From Stegostoma tigrinum (Eukaryota), in the NCBI RefSeq assembly GCF_030684315.1, contig NC_081360.1, positions 46,199,424-46,263,423 on the forward strand: a DNA stretch of 64,000 bases. Direction: 5' to 3'. The notes beneath the pieces were generated by a model. It ran no database searches and had not been told where the DNA came from. It saw only the letters and a list, made by a program, of their open reading frames with translations. Positions 40,611-55,361 of this stretch are shown here, piece after piece. The position numbers were made by a program, and so were the translations under genes. The first letter of the stretch is position 1. Each line of letters opens with the position of its first letter.

Positions 40611-43600
40611 TCGAAATTACCATAGATCAGTTTTGGTCATTAAGATCCATCCTTTGCAAGTCGAAGGTATTACACTCGAAATTAACCTATCGGCTTTCGG
40701 GGTACGCTAGGTAGCTCCTTTAACTCCCAGTGCCAAGGATTTGTCCTGTGACTAAGGATGAAGCACGCACTGCAACAAAATAGTTCAATTTACACACAGA
40801 CTGTCACAGATACCTTTCTATATTTGGAAACTTCAAAAAACAAACATCTGCGTTGTTCCATTAACTGTTGAAGTCACGCTCTATCAAATAGGGCGAATGC
40901 AAATTCTGATATTTTTAAAATGCAAAGATCAATAGTCTGTCACGAGTAAGTAAGAAGATTTCCAAGCTGGGTTTTGGCTGTGCACCGAATCATAAGACGC
41001 AGTTTTAACTCAACTGCGAATTCAGATTGATGTGATAATGCAATTTTTGACTTGTGTCTCTTAGTAAGAAATTAAGCGAAAAAAAGTTTCTTAAAGCTTT
41101 CACTTTTATTTTGAAGGGAATGTTTTTCTACATTTCCTTTTCATATGTAATATCGAATTTGGCAAATAATAAAACTTCTCCACTGCTGAGTTCATTTTTC
41201 AGATCTTTAGAATTGACGTATAGATGCTGTAGTTTATATTACACAAAATAGCCATCCAATGACCGTTTCATTTTAAAGTTTTGATTGATATGCATCGTAA
41301 ATATGCGAATGGAATCAGATTTTGAAATTTGTTACCTTGAGAACTGCAATAACATATTGTATTAACTTCGGAATGTGGTTGCGCTGCAATATTAAGATTA
41401 TTCCTTGCTGCAAATTGAGATTATTCCTAAAACATCAGATTTGATCGTTGTGTAAAATCTTCACTGTAATTCTAACAGATCATATTCGTGATTTACACAA
41501 CTTAAAACCCACCGATGGAAGTTGAATCTGGAAGTTGCAGACGCTTTTTGTAGGCCGGGAATTAAAATTAGCGGTTTGTCGTGCTATTCTATATTCTTGC
41601 CCATTTGCACAGCCTAATATATGCAACCTACCAACCCACAAGTTGACTTGGATGAAAGTAGGCACCTCATTTGATAAGTACTTGAATCTGCAAATGAAGA
41701 CTGTCCTCTGCCCTTTTAAGTGAAGACCAGTCAAGCGAAGGACGTCGTAGCGGATGCTTACGTGCAACTGTTAAATGCGAATTGATTTAAAGAGGGAAAA
41801 GTTGCACTGAGAGAGAAAAATAATTAGAGAAATCTCCACTCCTGTTCCAATTTACGTTTATTAACTCGTTAAATAATACTTGTCATTATCTATCATAACA
41901 TTTATCGCTTACGAGCAAGTAAGATGGATGTTTCTAATCGTCATTTCCTTTGGTCAGCTCCAACTGCACGAGTTATATTGCCACTATTTACAAATTAGTT
42001 CGAAATTCTGTTGTAATCAAATGGAGCACTCTGAGGATAAACCCAAATAAAAATATGAAAGTGTAGATATCATTGATTCTAAACGGAAGAATAGCTTGGT
42101 AGCAAAACTTGTTTTTTTAAACAAATTTTGATTCAAATTAAAGTTTGGAGACCACAAATGTGTTGAATTTTGATTCGTTTATTTCACTTGCTTCAAACCT
42201 ACAGCCGCATTAATGAATTGCGACATCCGGCGGTTGTCAATATGAAGTATATAAAATCATATTACTTCAATCACTGAGGTGGAACAACACATTGTTGTCT
42301 TTGTTTGTTGTGAAATAACAAAAACAATTAATCTTAAATTAAGTTCATTTAGTTATCATGTCGTCTCTGATTGCTAATACCGCAACATACAATAAAGCCA
42401 CATTGATATGAGGGGCGCCTGCCGAATATCATTCCTAAACAACGGTTTGAAATGAGAAGCACCTTGTTTATATATTAACTCACGTTTAAAGAAATGTCTT
42501 CTTGAATGTATATTCCCTTTGTATAATTAATAATAATATCTTTGTACGTTGTGTTTATGGATTATAGAATTGGCTTAGGTATGCGCCCGTCATAACCTGA
42601 CTTTCATTGCTCCATATAATGGCTGTAAAGCTGAAATGTGCCGGCAATGGTCTCCAGCTCATTTCCAAACTAGTACGAACTGGCCAATTAAATAACATTA
42701 GTCAATGTGGTAAAAGATCCGGTTCAATACTGTGGCAAAGGCTGTAAAAGAGAAAGGGAATTAAATGTGTCCTTTGTTCTCATCTCGTGTTCAGATGACC
42801 AGTTCGGCTTGTATTGAATACTAAATGAGGACAAATATCTAACAAGCTGCTTAACATCGACAACGAACTAGAGGAGAGTCTGGCATACCAAGCTAAGAGT
42901 TTTACAGTTTATAAATTAGGATCTCTTACATGGAACAAAAGGCGATGTTCGAGGAAAGTTTGGTAGGCGTATTTTTCTCTTACGCAATTCTTCAAGTCGA
43001 CGAGTTGTTGTTTCACGTCGACGTTCCGGGCAAAATATTAGCGTCTTCTATGTGTTTTTATCTAACTGCACGCAACATTAAGTATTTCGAATGTGAAAAA
43101 ACTCATTAGTCAAGCAAAGTCCATGATCAGTAGGTATGTTAGACTTGTGCAATCTAAAAAGAGACACTAACTTGACCTTAACTTTGTTATGGCGCCCCCA
43201 GTATCTGGAGAACATGTACAGACACCGTCTGGCAGATCGACCCATAAAAGTGAGATGAAAAAGAGATTCTGAACGATTTCAACGTAATGTCGGACAAATT
43301 TCCAAAGCTCTGTCTCAAACTGCTGCAGACCCGATGGCTTTGTTATAGCAATACATTTTAGTTTTGGAGCGATTAACTTTGCTCACAATTATCAAACAAA
43401 TTTATGTAAATATCTGTCTGGAATGATGTACCACATTTATTTGCACTCGCCGTATAATTGGTAAGGGGATAAAAATCAGAAATTCAGCACCAGGCTCAGG
43501 TTTCATCACCCCAAAATGAAACGGCAGCCGTTGGAAGAGCAAAGTGATTCTGAACTTGGTCCGTTTCTTTTTCCATTTGAAAGGCAACTGACAACGCCGA

Positions 43601-46600
43601 AATGCTGGACTATCAGAATATTTTAAATTCACATTTACGCTAGAAATGTAACCGTGCTGATAACACTAAAATTTCAATATTGACGGATGCATGGTAGCAT
43701 AGGTTTTGAAATAAACCTTACGTGTTGATAAACGTACGGAAAATGTGTAAGACCTTCTAAAGAATGGGCGGGCATTCTTGGCTTCAAACGAATCGGTGAC
43801 TGTATTTGATTCCCATTACTGTTTTTAATGTGGAGCTCGCGGGTGTCCTTCTCGTGTTCGGTAGAAGCTCCTTTAGACTCACTCGCCCACACTGCTGACC
43901 TAAGCAGTGTTTTTATTAGATCACTGTGCCTCTAAAACAAGCTCCCCAAATTCAATGGGCTGGAAGTGCGTATTCACGTTAATTCCACCCAACTCTCTAA
44001 AACGTGTGCAATGTAAAGTTCAGCACGCAATCGTTTTTCATTGCGCTTTTAACAAAGATTCATGCAATCTCATCCGAACGTTTGCAAGCGATTGAAATGA
44101 ACCTTTCATCTTAATATATAGTTTACATCTAATTGTAATGGAGGAACATTCACTTGACTGTATGTGGTTTGAAAGTTTTCACATTGCACCTGCCTTTCTG
44201 AAATGTAAAACGATTCGACAATCACAGTAATATTTCTTTCTGTTGTCATAATCCTAACAATGCAAAAACTATAGTTCAATTATCTGGGCTGCAAGTATTT
44301 ACACTTATTTCATTGACTTGAAACAAACAAAAATCCCAGAGACAAGGGGTATGAACTGTTGCTTTAACACTGGCAAATAATTGAGAGGCAACATTGAATC
44401 AAATTATTGTTACTCAATAGCTTAAAATATGTGCGTGCTGTTTGTAGCACAAATGTCGTATTTCAATAGCTCGCCTGAAAAAAGTGCCTGAATTTCATTA
44501 CATCATTCAAATGAGACATTATTATCTGGACATATTGAAGGGGCATGAAACTTTGCTGATTAATTCTGAGCAGGTACCCGGCAAAATGCCCAGAATTGAA
44601 TAACTAGCTGCATTTTATCAGAGAACATTTATTTGCATTGATATATTTCAATAAAATGTCTTAAGAGGTTCATGAAATCGCGAAGAGCATGATTAATTAA
44701 TAGGAGCCCAGAGAAATGGCGGGGTTAGAGGTAATGGCTGTTCTTGCCCACCCACATCCTGAGTTGCTCGAATGAGAAGCGAAATGACTGCAACTCATTC
44801 ATTGTCGGTTATGTCTTTTCATAGTTGCCGCGCTAACATGTAAAGTGCGCCTCTATCAAACTACATTTTAACAAATGTACATGTTCGCATCAATGCATAA
44901 CTTCAGGCTTTTGAATTAATTAAAAATCCACCATACTTGAAACCATCAAATGAGAAAAGAAGTGAACTTAGGAGGGCCCGAGCATTGTATTGTCATAAAA
45001 GGAACGTTGAAATAATAATTGTGGAAAGTTGTTGATAGCCCTTGATTCCGTTTTCTAAAAAGCAAACCCTATCGTCAACATTATGAACTGTTTCATGAAA
45101 AAAATGACCCAAGCGCATTTGAATCGTAGTCAACCTGGGCAAAGAAATCGTATTCTCAGTTTCAAGTGAAACAAATACGTGGCGCCCCGCATCCGCATGG
45201 AATTATATTCAATTTGCAGCAAAGGAGAGATTATTTCATTTTAAAACATTTCGTAGAAGCCTGTCTAAAATCTTTCTGCCGTGTCAGAATTTGAATTGTT
45301 ATGAACTAATAGCAACGTCTTATTTAGCGGCATACTTCTCTTGTCCGTTAAAATATGCGAGACCTTAGTAAAAAAAAAGTAACGGTGCTGAAACCAATGT
45401 TATATAGTTTGTTGCAAAATCAAACTCCATCTGAATAAAAATAGATATCCCCAGGATGTCTGCCTTGTGCGCTTTCTATTGTTGCTGCGGCCCTGCTTTA
45501 CTACGAGAACATAACCGAAGGCAGTTATTGTCTCATTTCGTGTGGATATGATCTCCATAAATGTTGTTGCTCTCCATGCTTGGAATTTCCAATTACTCGA
45601 GATTTGGTACAGCTAGATTTCAACTAGGTTGGCAAAATGCAAGTTCGCATTTCTCCTGTAGAAAATTGACAAACAGCACTCGGTCACACGATATTCAGAC
45701 AATATTATTTGAATGCTAATGCAAACATCCGAAAACTATTAGTTGCGTAACTATATCCTCTGAAATGCATCTAAACGACGATTTAAATTTCCAATGATCT
45801 AATCGGATGTATATTAATGCTTTCAGATTTGATCGCTAGTGTACAAATATTGGAACTCATTCACAAATTAGTTAGAGAAATAATATGTTTCTGGGACGAA
45901 TTAACTTCAATAAATCAATCGTAGAAAAATGTAAGATGTGTTTCTTTAATTTTATTTTGTTCAATACGATCCTTTAAAGAACTCAAGAAAAGTACAATTT
46001 TATGACAGTTTTCGCACCCGTGTGTTTTCATTCATTATTTGTCATTTCTGGCACAGTTGATCATTTATGTAATTTTATGGACAGGTTTCATGTGCAATTT
46101 CAGGAGAATGACTTCGGGATTATGAAACCAAAGTCGTGGAATTTTAAAAACAATTCCGCGTCACGACACTGGTCAGTCACAACATATCAATAATACCAAC
46201 ACATTTCCATTCGTCTAATTAAAGTAATCGCATACTGCTATCGCGCAGTGTGGAAAAGCAGTTTTCGAAAATCAAAAGTGACACTCCTGATTGGTATGCG
46301 TATTTATCAGATATGAATTAACCCACTGCCCAGCTCCAGCTTCACAGCAAGATTACAAAACATGAACTGTATATACAAATGAAAAAAAATGCGTCGTCGT
46401 TCATTTTATTCGAACTAAATTTACATAGGTAGAGTGCATGCATAATAGTTATATATTTAAGATTTATATTCCAACGTTCCATTCTAATGACCTGTTGTAC
46501 TTACATTCTCAAATGCAGAATATCTGCTTTTTACTCGAACGGAGTCATGTGAAAATTTAAACAAATGGAGGAATCAAAACAATGACAAATGTCTTTGAAA

Positions 46601-46959
46601 CTAAGAAATGACGATGAGAAGAGGCCGGCACGTTATCCATGAACAGCAAGGTACAGACCACAACAAGTCAAGTTTGTGCCTTACGATAATTTCCTGCTAT
46701 GGCAAATGTTCACGAGGTATCCACAGTTTGCATCTCAGTCCCTGTATGTCGCTGATGTTTAACTAAACCAACACGCCCTGGACTAGTGGCAGTGGCAATG
46801 TAATGTAAAATTGCTGTTTTATATGACAGCACGTCAAAGGAGCACCTATCCATTAAAACAATGGATATTTTTGATCTACATGCTTTCTGTAAGCAAGCTT
46901 AGTTAGCATTAAATGTTCAATTCGCGACCTTGAAACTCACAAATGAACTTTACTTTGGC

Positions 46960-48509
46960 CTAAAAGAGTGAGAGTGTTTGTTCGCGCATAACAAGCCTTT
47001 TCTTTTTCATACGCCGGTTTTGAAACCAGATTTTTACTTGTTGGTCGCTCAGATTCAGTCTATCGGACAACTCCTTCCTCTTCTGTCGATTGATGAACTC
47101 ATTCGCCAGAAATTCATTTTCAAGTTCAGCTATTTGCTGTTTTGTGTACGGCTTGCGTTTTCGCCTTGACCTCACTTGGGTTGGACACCAGGGCAGCCCT
47201 GCAGATGGAAAAAGAGAAACAAGCTGAAGCAATGCGAACATTTCATCACCCCTTCCAATTCAAAGCGAATTCATGTTTCAATATCTACTATTACCGTAGA
47301 CGGTAGCTTTTTTTTTAGAACGTTACAAGGTTAATTTAATGCTGTTTATAGAAACGTTGCTCAAAATTTGACAAAAGAAAATAACAATTTCGATTTTTGT
47401 GATACCTGTTCTTTGTAAATAACAGAAGACCCCGAAATAATCTTTTCTATGATCAGAGGTCGACACAAATAAATTATTCATATTAGGCATTCAAGTACCT
47501 TAATGTTCAGGAGACATTGCAACACAAAAGTCGCAATTACAAATTCCAGAAAAAGCCATGGAAGTTAAAAATAAAAGTAGCAAATTCAGTAAACAATCAC
47601 GATTACAATGTGTAAAAGCTAGCAGGAAATTACACTGAAGCATTTAATTGTAATTTAAATGTTATAATTAATTGAACTTTAAACAATTTGATCTATCATC
47701 TCTGCCGTGTGTTCAGTTTCTGAGTACTTTATTTTCACGTTATAATCATTTTTATCATTACAGGATTATTTTCCTGCTGTTCTGAATGTTGTAAGAGCAA
47801 GGTTTCCAGGACCCCTGCTTGATGATTAATATATGAAATTCACGTGAAGGTGGCAGGTAGTTCTTTTGGAAAGGAGGGAGAATTCAATTTTCAAATGGTC
47901 GTCGCTTTAATATTGCGTTGATACTATACCATCGGAGGATCTGTTGCATACTGGCGTTACTGGTGACTGTAATGACATACTGAGGCTCACACTTTGCTTG
48001 ATGCCATCATTTACAGTGGGAGAGTTGGAATTCAATTCAAAGCCTTGGTTATGTAATGACGAGCCATGTAGAGATGTTTCCACGTTTGGGTACTCGTACT
48101 TGGCAACATTGATGTTGACTGAAGAGGGGATGCTGGAATCACTTGGATAAGACTGATTGTGTCTACATCTCTCTTCCAGTTTCCGGCTGCTGTCTTGGAA
48201 GTAGTATTTGTTTGGCTCTTCGCTGGCTGCTGCCTTCTCTGATCCATGCTTATTGATGCTGATGGAGACGGAGTTGCTGAGGTAGGACTGAGAGTAGCCG
48301 CTAAAGGCGCGGCTCTGCGGCGGCGATGCGCATGGACTCGAAGTCCACGGGAGCGAGCACACCTCCCGGCGGGTATAGGAGAGTGCTGGCGACAGAGTTG
48401 CCAGTTGAGTCCCATTCGGACGTAGATTGGCGAAGTAGAAGGGCTCCGGGCTGGTAAAATTTAACAGGGAGCCGACATAGCCTGAATTTAGCAGATTGTG
48501 CTCGCACAT
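46960..48509 (-). CDS. hoxd12: Homeobox protein HoxD12 (exon 1 48509-47930, exon 2 47198-46960; 272 aa)
   Basis: [18 protein letters not shown]...FYFANLR. Donor GATG|GTATA, acceptor TCTGCAG|GG. Continues GLPW...[58 protein letters not shown]. Confidence 0.96.
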
Positions 48510-50545
48510 TTCCGAGCAGCGCGATCAGATCCTCTCTGTGCCCTATTTAGCTTCCAGACAGAGATAAACGAAAGACGCTCGCTGATTGGCCCTTTGCCGG
48601 TCACAAGACAAATGGAACAGCATTTTTTCCTGGAACCGCCTCCGTCCCGCTGCAACTCTCATCTGAAATGTCCAAGTACACGTCCATATGCACCTTCACC
48701 CTACTCCACGGCAGTTAGCCCGACATAACTCGCTTAATTCAACAGGATACATATACAACACAGAAAGAAGTGTTTAAACGTGTTGAAATAGCTTACGTTG
48801 CAATAGATCTCCGAGGATTCCACTTACTCTTAAAATGATTAAAATGTGGCTTTTTAATTCATAGAGTTTGATATAAAATGTTTTAAATAAAGTTTCTTAT
48901 GCATCTAAGGTTCCTCGATTCTTTGAAACCCATTTCACAATTATTTAACATTTACTGATAAAATTGACATGAAATTATATACGATAATATCTGACGTGCA
49001 TCATTTTAACTGGCGGTGTGTAACACATGTAGGCAGAAGAAAAGTATGAAACGTTAATTAAAAATACCTTCTTCTTGTAATATTTTAACTTAATTACTTC
49101 TTGTTATTCATTAAAACTCAATATCTCTTTCGGGCAGGAACAACTGCGTGGCAAGAATATCAATGCTCATTTCAAACTCCCTTTATATCTTATTTTAATT
49201 ATTAAAAAAATTAAGGACGAATACTAAGGTAAGCGGTAACAGTGTTTCAAAATTTAACCCGTAAATATTTGTGCAAACGATCCACAGGGGCGCCTAGAAA
49301 ATACATTTTTGTGCCTAAGCAAGTACAGGACGTTTGAAACATCGAATAGATCGGTTAATGTAATTTTTTTTAAAAATCGCATTTTTGTAAACAAATGCAT
49401 TCACAAACTGAACAAGAAAATAGGGTTTGCTGTAAAATTAAGCAAAGCGATATTCTAATTCGCAATATTGAATTCAATTTTTAAGTCATTAGTGATAAAA
49501 TTTCAGCAAGTTCGTTATGTTAAACCATGCTTGTATTATGAGTTGGAAATTTAATGTGTCCACGTTTGTTGCGAAGTGTCGACCAGTACAATTGTGCTTC
49601 ACATGAGATTCTGCAAGTGAAAATATTGAAGCTAAATTTGATTGAGTCTGTGTTTACAAAATGAACATGATTGTAACATTCAATAGGTTATGGGTGATCT
49701 CCCTGAATATATTACAATTCTGTACAAGTTTGAGGCTTCCTAAGGACGCTGTTCGTTTCATTATAATCGCGAACCCTCGATTTATAATTCGTCGAAGAAA
49801 ATTTTGAATGAAGATTGCTGAAGTAAGTGCCAACATTGCCTCACCAGAGTCAAAGTGAAAAGAAACGCGCTTTTCCTTTATATCTGTCCTCCTGAGAATT
49901 GTTCGAAACAAATATTAAGCAGCATCTGCAGAATTGTGCGTGGAATTTGCTAATCATTAAAAGAAATCAACACGGTTGTTCCAAATTTAACATTTTAAAT
50001 TGATATTTGAAAATAATAATTAAGCTAAAGTGCATTGACAGCAAATCAAATGGAATAAAGGACTAAAGATATTACTTCTACCTTATTGTATTCTGCCTGT
50101 AATTCTGAAGTCAAACACAACAATCGGTAACTAAAAGTCACGCGTAAACGCTCAGGAAACAATACGATGCATTTCTAGCGTTGTATCAACTATCGAAATG
50201 CGATATTCTATTTGTTAATGCTATTAGTAATTATTGGCCTGTAAGTTAATAATTTGCTTTGTCTTCCAATCCATACATTTACAATCTGACACGAACTAGC
50301 TTTCAGTAGAAGTCATGTGCGCTAAAATCAAAGCAGATACCGCCATCACATCCCCACCGGAAAGGAAAACGACTGTTCGTCCCCTGTCTCTTTCATGATC
50401 CCACGAAATCCTAAACATGCCGAACCGGTTTGTTTCTCTCTTAAGATTTTAAAATCCGGGTGTATTTGCAAACAAGGCCAGTTAACCTAAGGCGGGTCTC
50501 CATCTAACCATTTTTGCAAAATCGCGAAATAACTAAACAAAACAC

Positions 50546-51446
50546 AGTTCAAGGTCAATGTCGAATAGGATCAAATCGCCATTTTTTTAAAGAAACGACG
50601 TTAACTTCGTTTCAGTGCAAAATGTGTTTTCGAATTGAAGTCAGTTCAGTTTGAAAAATTGAGCCACGTCGGACACAATAGAGGATTTCATTCGAAAGAC
50701 TGTAACCAGAGAAAGAAAGTAAGTGAGGATCTTCGGTTTACACCTACCATAGCCAACGCAGCGTTATTGTTCGGGATGTTTTCTCAAGACTCTCATTCGA
50801 TTAGGATTTCCATTTCAATGCTGTTTATTAAATTCGACCGTAATTTATACATCCGCATACTGAATAAGCTGCAATCGAATAATATGTATGCTGCCTATAT
50901 GACAGAAGCTCCTAATAGCGTTAATTCACCTATATTCTTTTGTTTACAGTATAAAACCAAAGGCAGGATGTCGTTGGTTTTCGTGATGTGAACACGACGT
51001 AAACTACCATACAGGAATTAAAGCTTGATATAAAAGTCCCGTTTTTAAAAAAAGCGTTAAAAGTTGTCAAATGCTAAACCGTAGATTGTAAAGAAGTTGA
51101 ACACCAGTAATCGTAAACTTCACATAGCTTGAATTGAAATACTTACACTTTTCGATTTACATAAAAAATACACAATTCTGCAGTTTGAGTTGCTAATTCA
51201 ACCTTCCAAAACGATCTTAAAAGAGAAAATATTGACCTATTTAACATTTCTGGCTCTGTTTTGCAGCACAAATTAAGAACGACCATCTTGTAATCCGAGT
51301 TACCGCAATCCGAAGGATAATGTTGACTTGTGTTTTACAGAGGATTGTCCAGCAGATGGCGAACTAGCTCTGCGATTAGAGTAGTTCTTATTATTCATGA
51401 TGCTAAATAAAGTCAAGGTCAAAGACTATAACCATAGTCAAGGTCA
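50546..51446 (+). promoter_or_regulatory. Three DR0-like nuclear-receptor motifs (TCAAGGTCA) between HoxD12 and HoxD13
   Basis: AGTTCAAGGTCA at 50546-50557, AAGTCAAGGTCA at 51410-51421 and TAGTCAAGGTCA at 51435-51446. Confidence 0.5.
51346..51364 (+). promoter_or_regulatory. Candidate CTCF site (HoxD12|HoxD13 interval)
   Basis: TGTCCAGCAGATGGCGAAC matches CCASYAGRKGGCR exactly. Confidence 0.65.
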
Positions 51447-53940
51447 ATGGTAAATAGAAATTTGACGTCAGGGCGCTAAACGCTTGCCAAAAATGTACCT
51501 TAATATCATCGAGCTCCAACACTTTTAGTAGAAGAAAATCAGCCTGCATGTATGTATTAAATATGACAGCGCCTGGAATTTAATATGACTTGAAATATCA
51601 TAATTCTTTGCAATTTCCTTCTAAAATTGACGGGCAAGACCTAGTCCAACGCACAGGAATATAGTTACAAAGAAAGTGTTAGCAGCTGGTAAATAAAGAT
51701 GGCAGGGCCAGGAGTATTATCACCTACTAAGTTCTTGCTCATATAAATTGAAGCAATGGCACTTAGCTTAATTCTAAACATCATCACTTAATATTTCTAC
51801 GTTGAAAAAGGGAGCTGATAGCTCTCCTAACTTCCTCATCTCAAGAATGATTTCCTTTAGATTACAAATCCACAATACACTCATGCTGTTATGAACACTT
51901 TACCCAGATCAATATGTTTTGCTTCTTTTACACATCATCGTCGAAAAGGCTGGTTATCTCGTCATTTACTTTAAACTGCGGCGCGATTATAAGGTTGTCT
52001 ACCGAATGATTAATTTAAGTTTAAGATAGAAGGAAAAGCAGTAGCTTTATTGCTTATACGTTTAAATGCATTTAATAAAAGCCGCACCATGATGTATATT
52101 TTATCGTGCCTTTTCACAAAGCAGATCATTCTAATTGCAAACTGGCTGTTTGCATCAAGCAATTTATTTGTGGCAAACCTTAGAAAAAGTTAGAGTATTT
52201 GTGTGAAATAAGCCAGATCCTATATTGAATTAGCCGGCACTCGGAAAAATGAGACACCGGCATCAACCCATGGCTTTTCTAAAACTAGACGTTAGTATTC
52301 TACTGGTTTCAACTACATTAAGAATTTTTCTTATTTCATGACCGACACTGCAGAAATTTGGATTTGACCTCTTTTTTTGTTTTAAAACGCATCACCCTGT
52401 AAACGACCCATGTTCCAAATAGTGTATAGTATAGTTTGAATTTATTAACTTTTACGCAGCAAACAAATGCTGGACAATATGTTCAAAAAGTATTAGCAAA
52501 ATGTCAAAAAAAAAATTTTAACACCGTCTTTCTTTTTGTTTAAGAGTTTGTATTTTCACCCCAAAATACCGAGGTGCTAAGGCACTTTAGACACATGTGT
52601 GCATTAGAAGAGCATTTTATGTAAATACTGATAAGCTGAATCCAAATGTGGCGATATGAAAAGCCAAAAAATGATGATTTGATTTACAAGAAATATAAAA
52701 CTTGAAGGCAGTTAAAGTGTAATTTGTTTTAATATTTTACACGGCATAAATCAACGTTAAGAAAACCTCTCGAGTTCGTATTTAACTCGTCTGTATAAAG
52801 AAAATGATGGACAAAATGAACAGATACTTGCGTTAAAAGTATACATAAAACATAGAAATAATGCCAAACTTCACCACTATGTTACTCCTATAGTTATCAT
52901 TATTACAATTTAAGTATACAGCGCAACAAGTTAGTAATTAGGTAACAGCTGTAAAAAGTTCCAATTAAAGGCACCGCATTCAAAACTACCATGGGGCTTC
53001 CAAATATATTAGCATTTCTTTTGAAAATAACAGTTTTAAATGAACAAAGGACTCAAGGCAGAAACATAGCTTTTCATTCTTTAACATAACTTTTTAGGAC
53101 ATTATAAATTTGACAAGCATTCCATTTGAATTCGGCATTAACACTTACATTTACTTAGGACAACATGTTACTATAGAACTTTCTGTAGTAAGTAAACGGA
53201 AAGTCCTTTCTAAGCTAAATAATTTATTATGAAAATGATTGTAAATTCGCTGCCGATTAATATGATAAAATATCTTATGAGATTGTACCGCAGTTAATCT
53301 GTAACTATCTCAATTTCTACCTGGCACAGATTTAAAATGGTATGTTAGCAGTATATTTTCAATTATTCACAACAGAATGGATTTGTTGCTGATATATATT
53401 GTTAGCATTTGAATCCACTAGCAACACAGCCATCTTGCAAAGCATGACTGAAAACATAAATGTTAAATAAAAATGCTTTGCATTAAGAAAGTTATAAATA
53501 CTTTTCATTTAATGTCAACTTTTGTGTTTAATTGTGTAATCAGTTGTAGTCGCCATTTTATGTGGGTGTTGCAAACGTCCAGCAATTTAGCTGAACCCTC
53601 GAAAAGATGACTTAAGACTGAACTAAGCATTAATTTGCGACAGTATTTGCAATGCCACTCGTGAAAATAATCCAGCACGGTAACACAAGACAAACGTGTG
53701 AATGTGGAACTATTCACATACTGAACAGTGTCTTATTTCTTTGAAAGTGGTGAAGTCAGATCAAGTATTTTCGCTAAATTTGCACAACATTTTTTTTCGG
53801 AAATTGTCATTTTAAGATTTGTTTATAAATCCGTAGCTGTGTCTCGAAAGTCTTCCACATTCATTTCGTTTCTTTTTCCAAAAGGAAGACCATCACATGT
53901 AATGCACAATGCGCCAGCAAGGTTCCTGATATCTGCGAGA

Positions 53941-55230
53941 TCAAGGTATATTTTCTTTGACTTTAGAAACCACTTTCTTCTCCTTGACTCTTCTGTTCTG
54001 AAACCAGATGGTGACTTGTCTTTCGGTAAGATTGGTGGCAGTGGATATCCTTCGTCTTTTATCTTTAGTTATGAATTTGTTTGTGGCGTATTCTCGCTCC
54101 AGTTCTTTAAGCTGAGTTTTCGTATAAGGAACTCTTTTCTTCCGCCCTCGCCTGTAAATGTTTATGTCAGTCTGATTGTGCATCACATCTCCTGGGGGAG
54201 TGGGGGTGGGGAGAATGTAATTGATAAGAACATCAACTTCAAGCCGTAGCAGTTTAAAGCTGTTTTTTTTTAAAATTAAATAATATTGCCGCATTCTTTT
54301 CTCTTTTAAGCATAATTTTAAGTAACCCAACCAAGCTATTTAGTCATATGGTCAATTCAGTTCAATGTATTTTTTCAAACCCATGGTTAGTCTGTGTTTT
54401 CAGGTATTAAGCTTTTGAAATATAGTAAATTAAACGACTAAATAATTCCTGGCAATATTAAACCAACCTAATGTGAAGTAATTTTATTTCCTTTACATTA
54501 AATAAATCACAACGCTTTTCAGTGAAAGTCATTTCATAGTACCTGGAAGAGGAGATTTCCAGAAATGTGGAGTCTGTGTCTGATCTTTCGGACAATACAC
54601 TTGACCATTCCAGCCATTAGCAAATGTCCAGGGCTGATAGCCCTCCATGGAAATTAAGGCTTCATGCCTTGGTTCTCCGTGCCCGCTTATTGTAGGGACT
54701 ACTGGAACGTCCAAATAACCAGAGACCCGCTGGTAGGGATTGGGGTAGCTCTGATAAAATGCAAATTCTTTTGCCCTGGATGACACCTCGTCAGTGGGGA
54801 CAGGCGTGTTAGTCAAACCCGAAACATCCATATATTTGTCCACTGGATAACCGGCCAGAGATGCATGGGCACCAGATTTCAGTCCAGTTTGTTGAATGCC
54901 AACATTTCGACAACTGTAGTAGCTGCTTCCAAAATGATAGCCGTAACTTATCGCTGGGTTGGCAGGGCTTGTGGGAGCTGGGCAGGGGCTGCATTGCTTG
55001 GCAGATTCAGAAATGACAGAATGCGTTCGATCTCCGACGGAGTAAGCGGGACCCGAAGATAACGAGTTATGATGAGCTCCAAATGCAGAGGGAGATAGAA
55101 AATTCCTGCATTGACTAGAAGGGACGTTCCCTCCTAATCCTTCCATTTCCGAGTTAGTGGTATTATTTCTGTTGTGTAGGTACCTGATTGTATCAGTTCT
55201 CCAAGGGGCTGAAAGAAAAGAAGCTGTCAT
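53941..55230 (-). CDS. hoxd13: Homeobox protein HoxD13 (exon 1 55230-54543, exon 2 54191-53941; 312 aa from the first ATG)
   Basis: [45 protein letters not shown] and [12 protein letters not shown]. Donor CCAG|GTACT, acceptor CCCCCAG|GA. Homeodomain [60 protein letters not shown]. An alternative start is possible at ATG 55146. Confidence 0.95.
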
Positions 55231-55347
55231 ATCACGACCCACTGCAAACTAAGTACTGCTTTAGAGAAGCAGCCTCGGCAGTGAGAAGAGGTGCTTATTT
55301 TCACTGATTAGTGTGTGCTCTGAGCTACTGAAATCTAATAGGTCGAT

Positions 55348-55361
55348 ATTGGTCACGTGAC
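55348..55361. promoter_or_regulatory. HoxD13 promoter CCAAT plus palindromic E-box
   Basis: ATTGGTCACGTGAC, about 120 nt upstream of the ATG. Confidence 0.55.

Noticed and set aside
43200-43365. Possible additional very old Penelope-like relic
   Set aside because: Similarity to the other copies is too patchy to support by eye.
53728-54249. 173-aa antisense ORF over HoxD13 exon 2, and similar antisense ORFs over other Hox exons
   Set aside because: Open antisense frames are a common by-product of homeobox codon usage, and there is no independent evidence for them.
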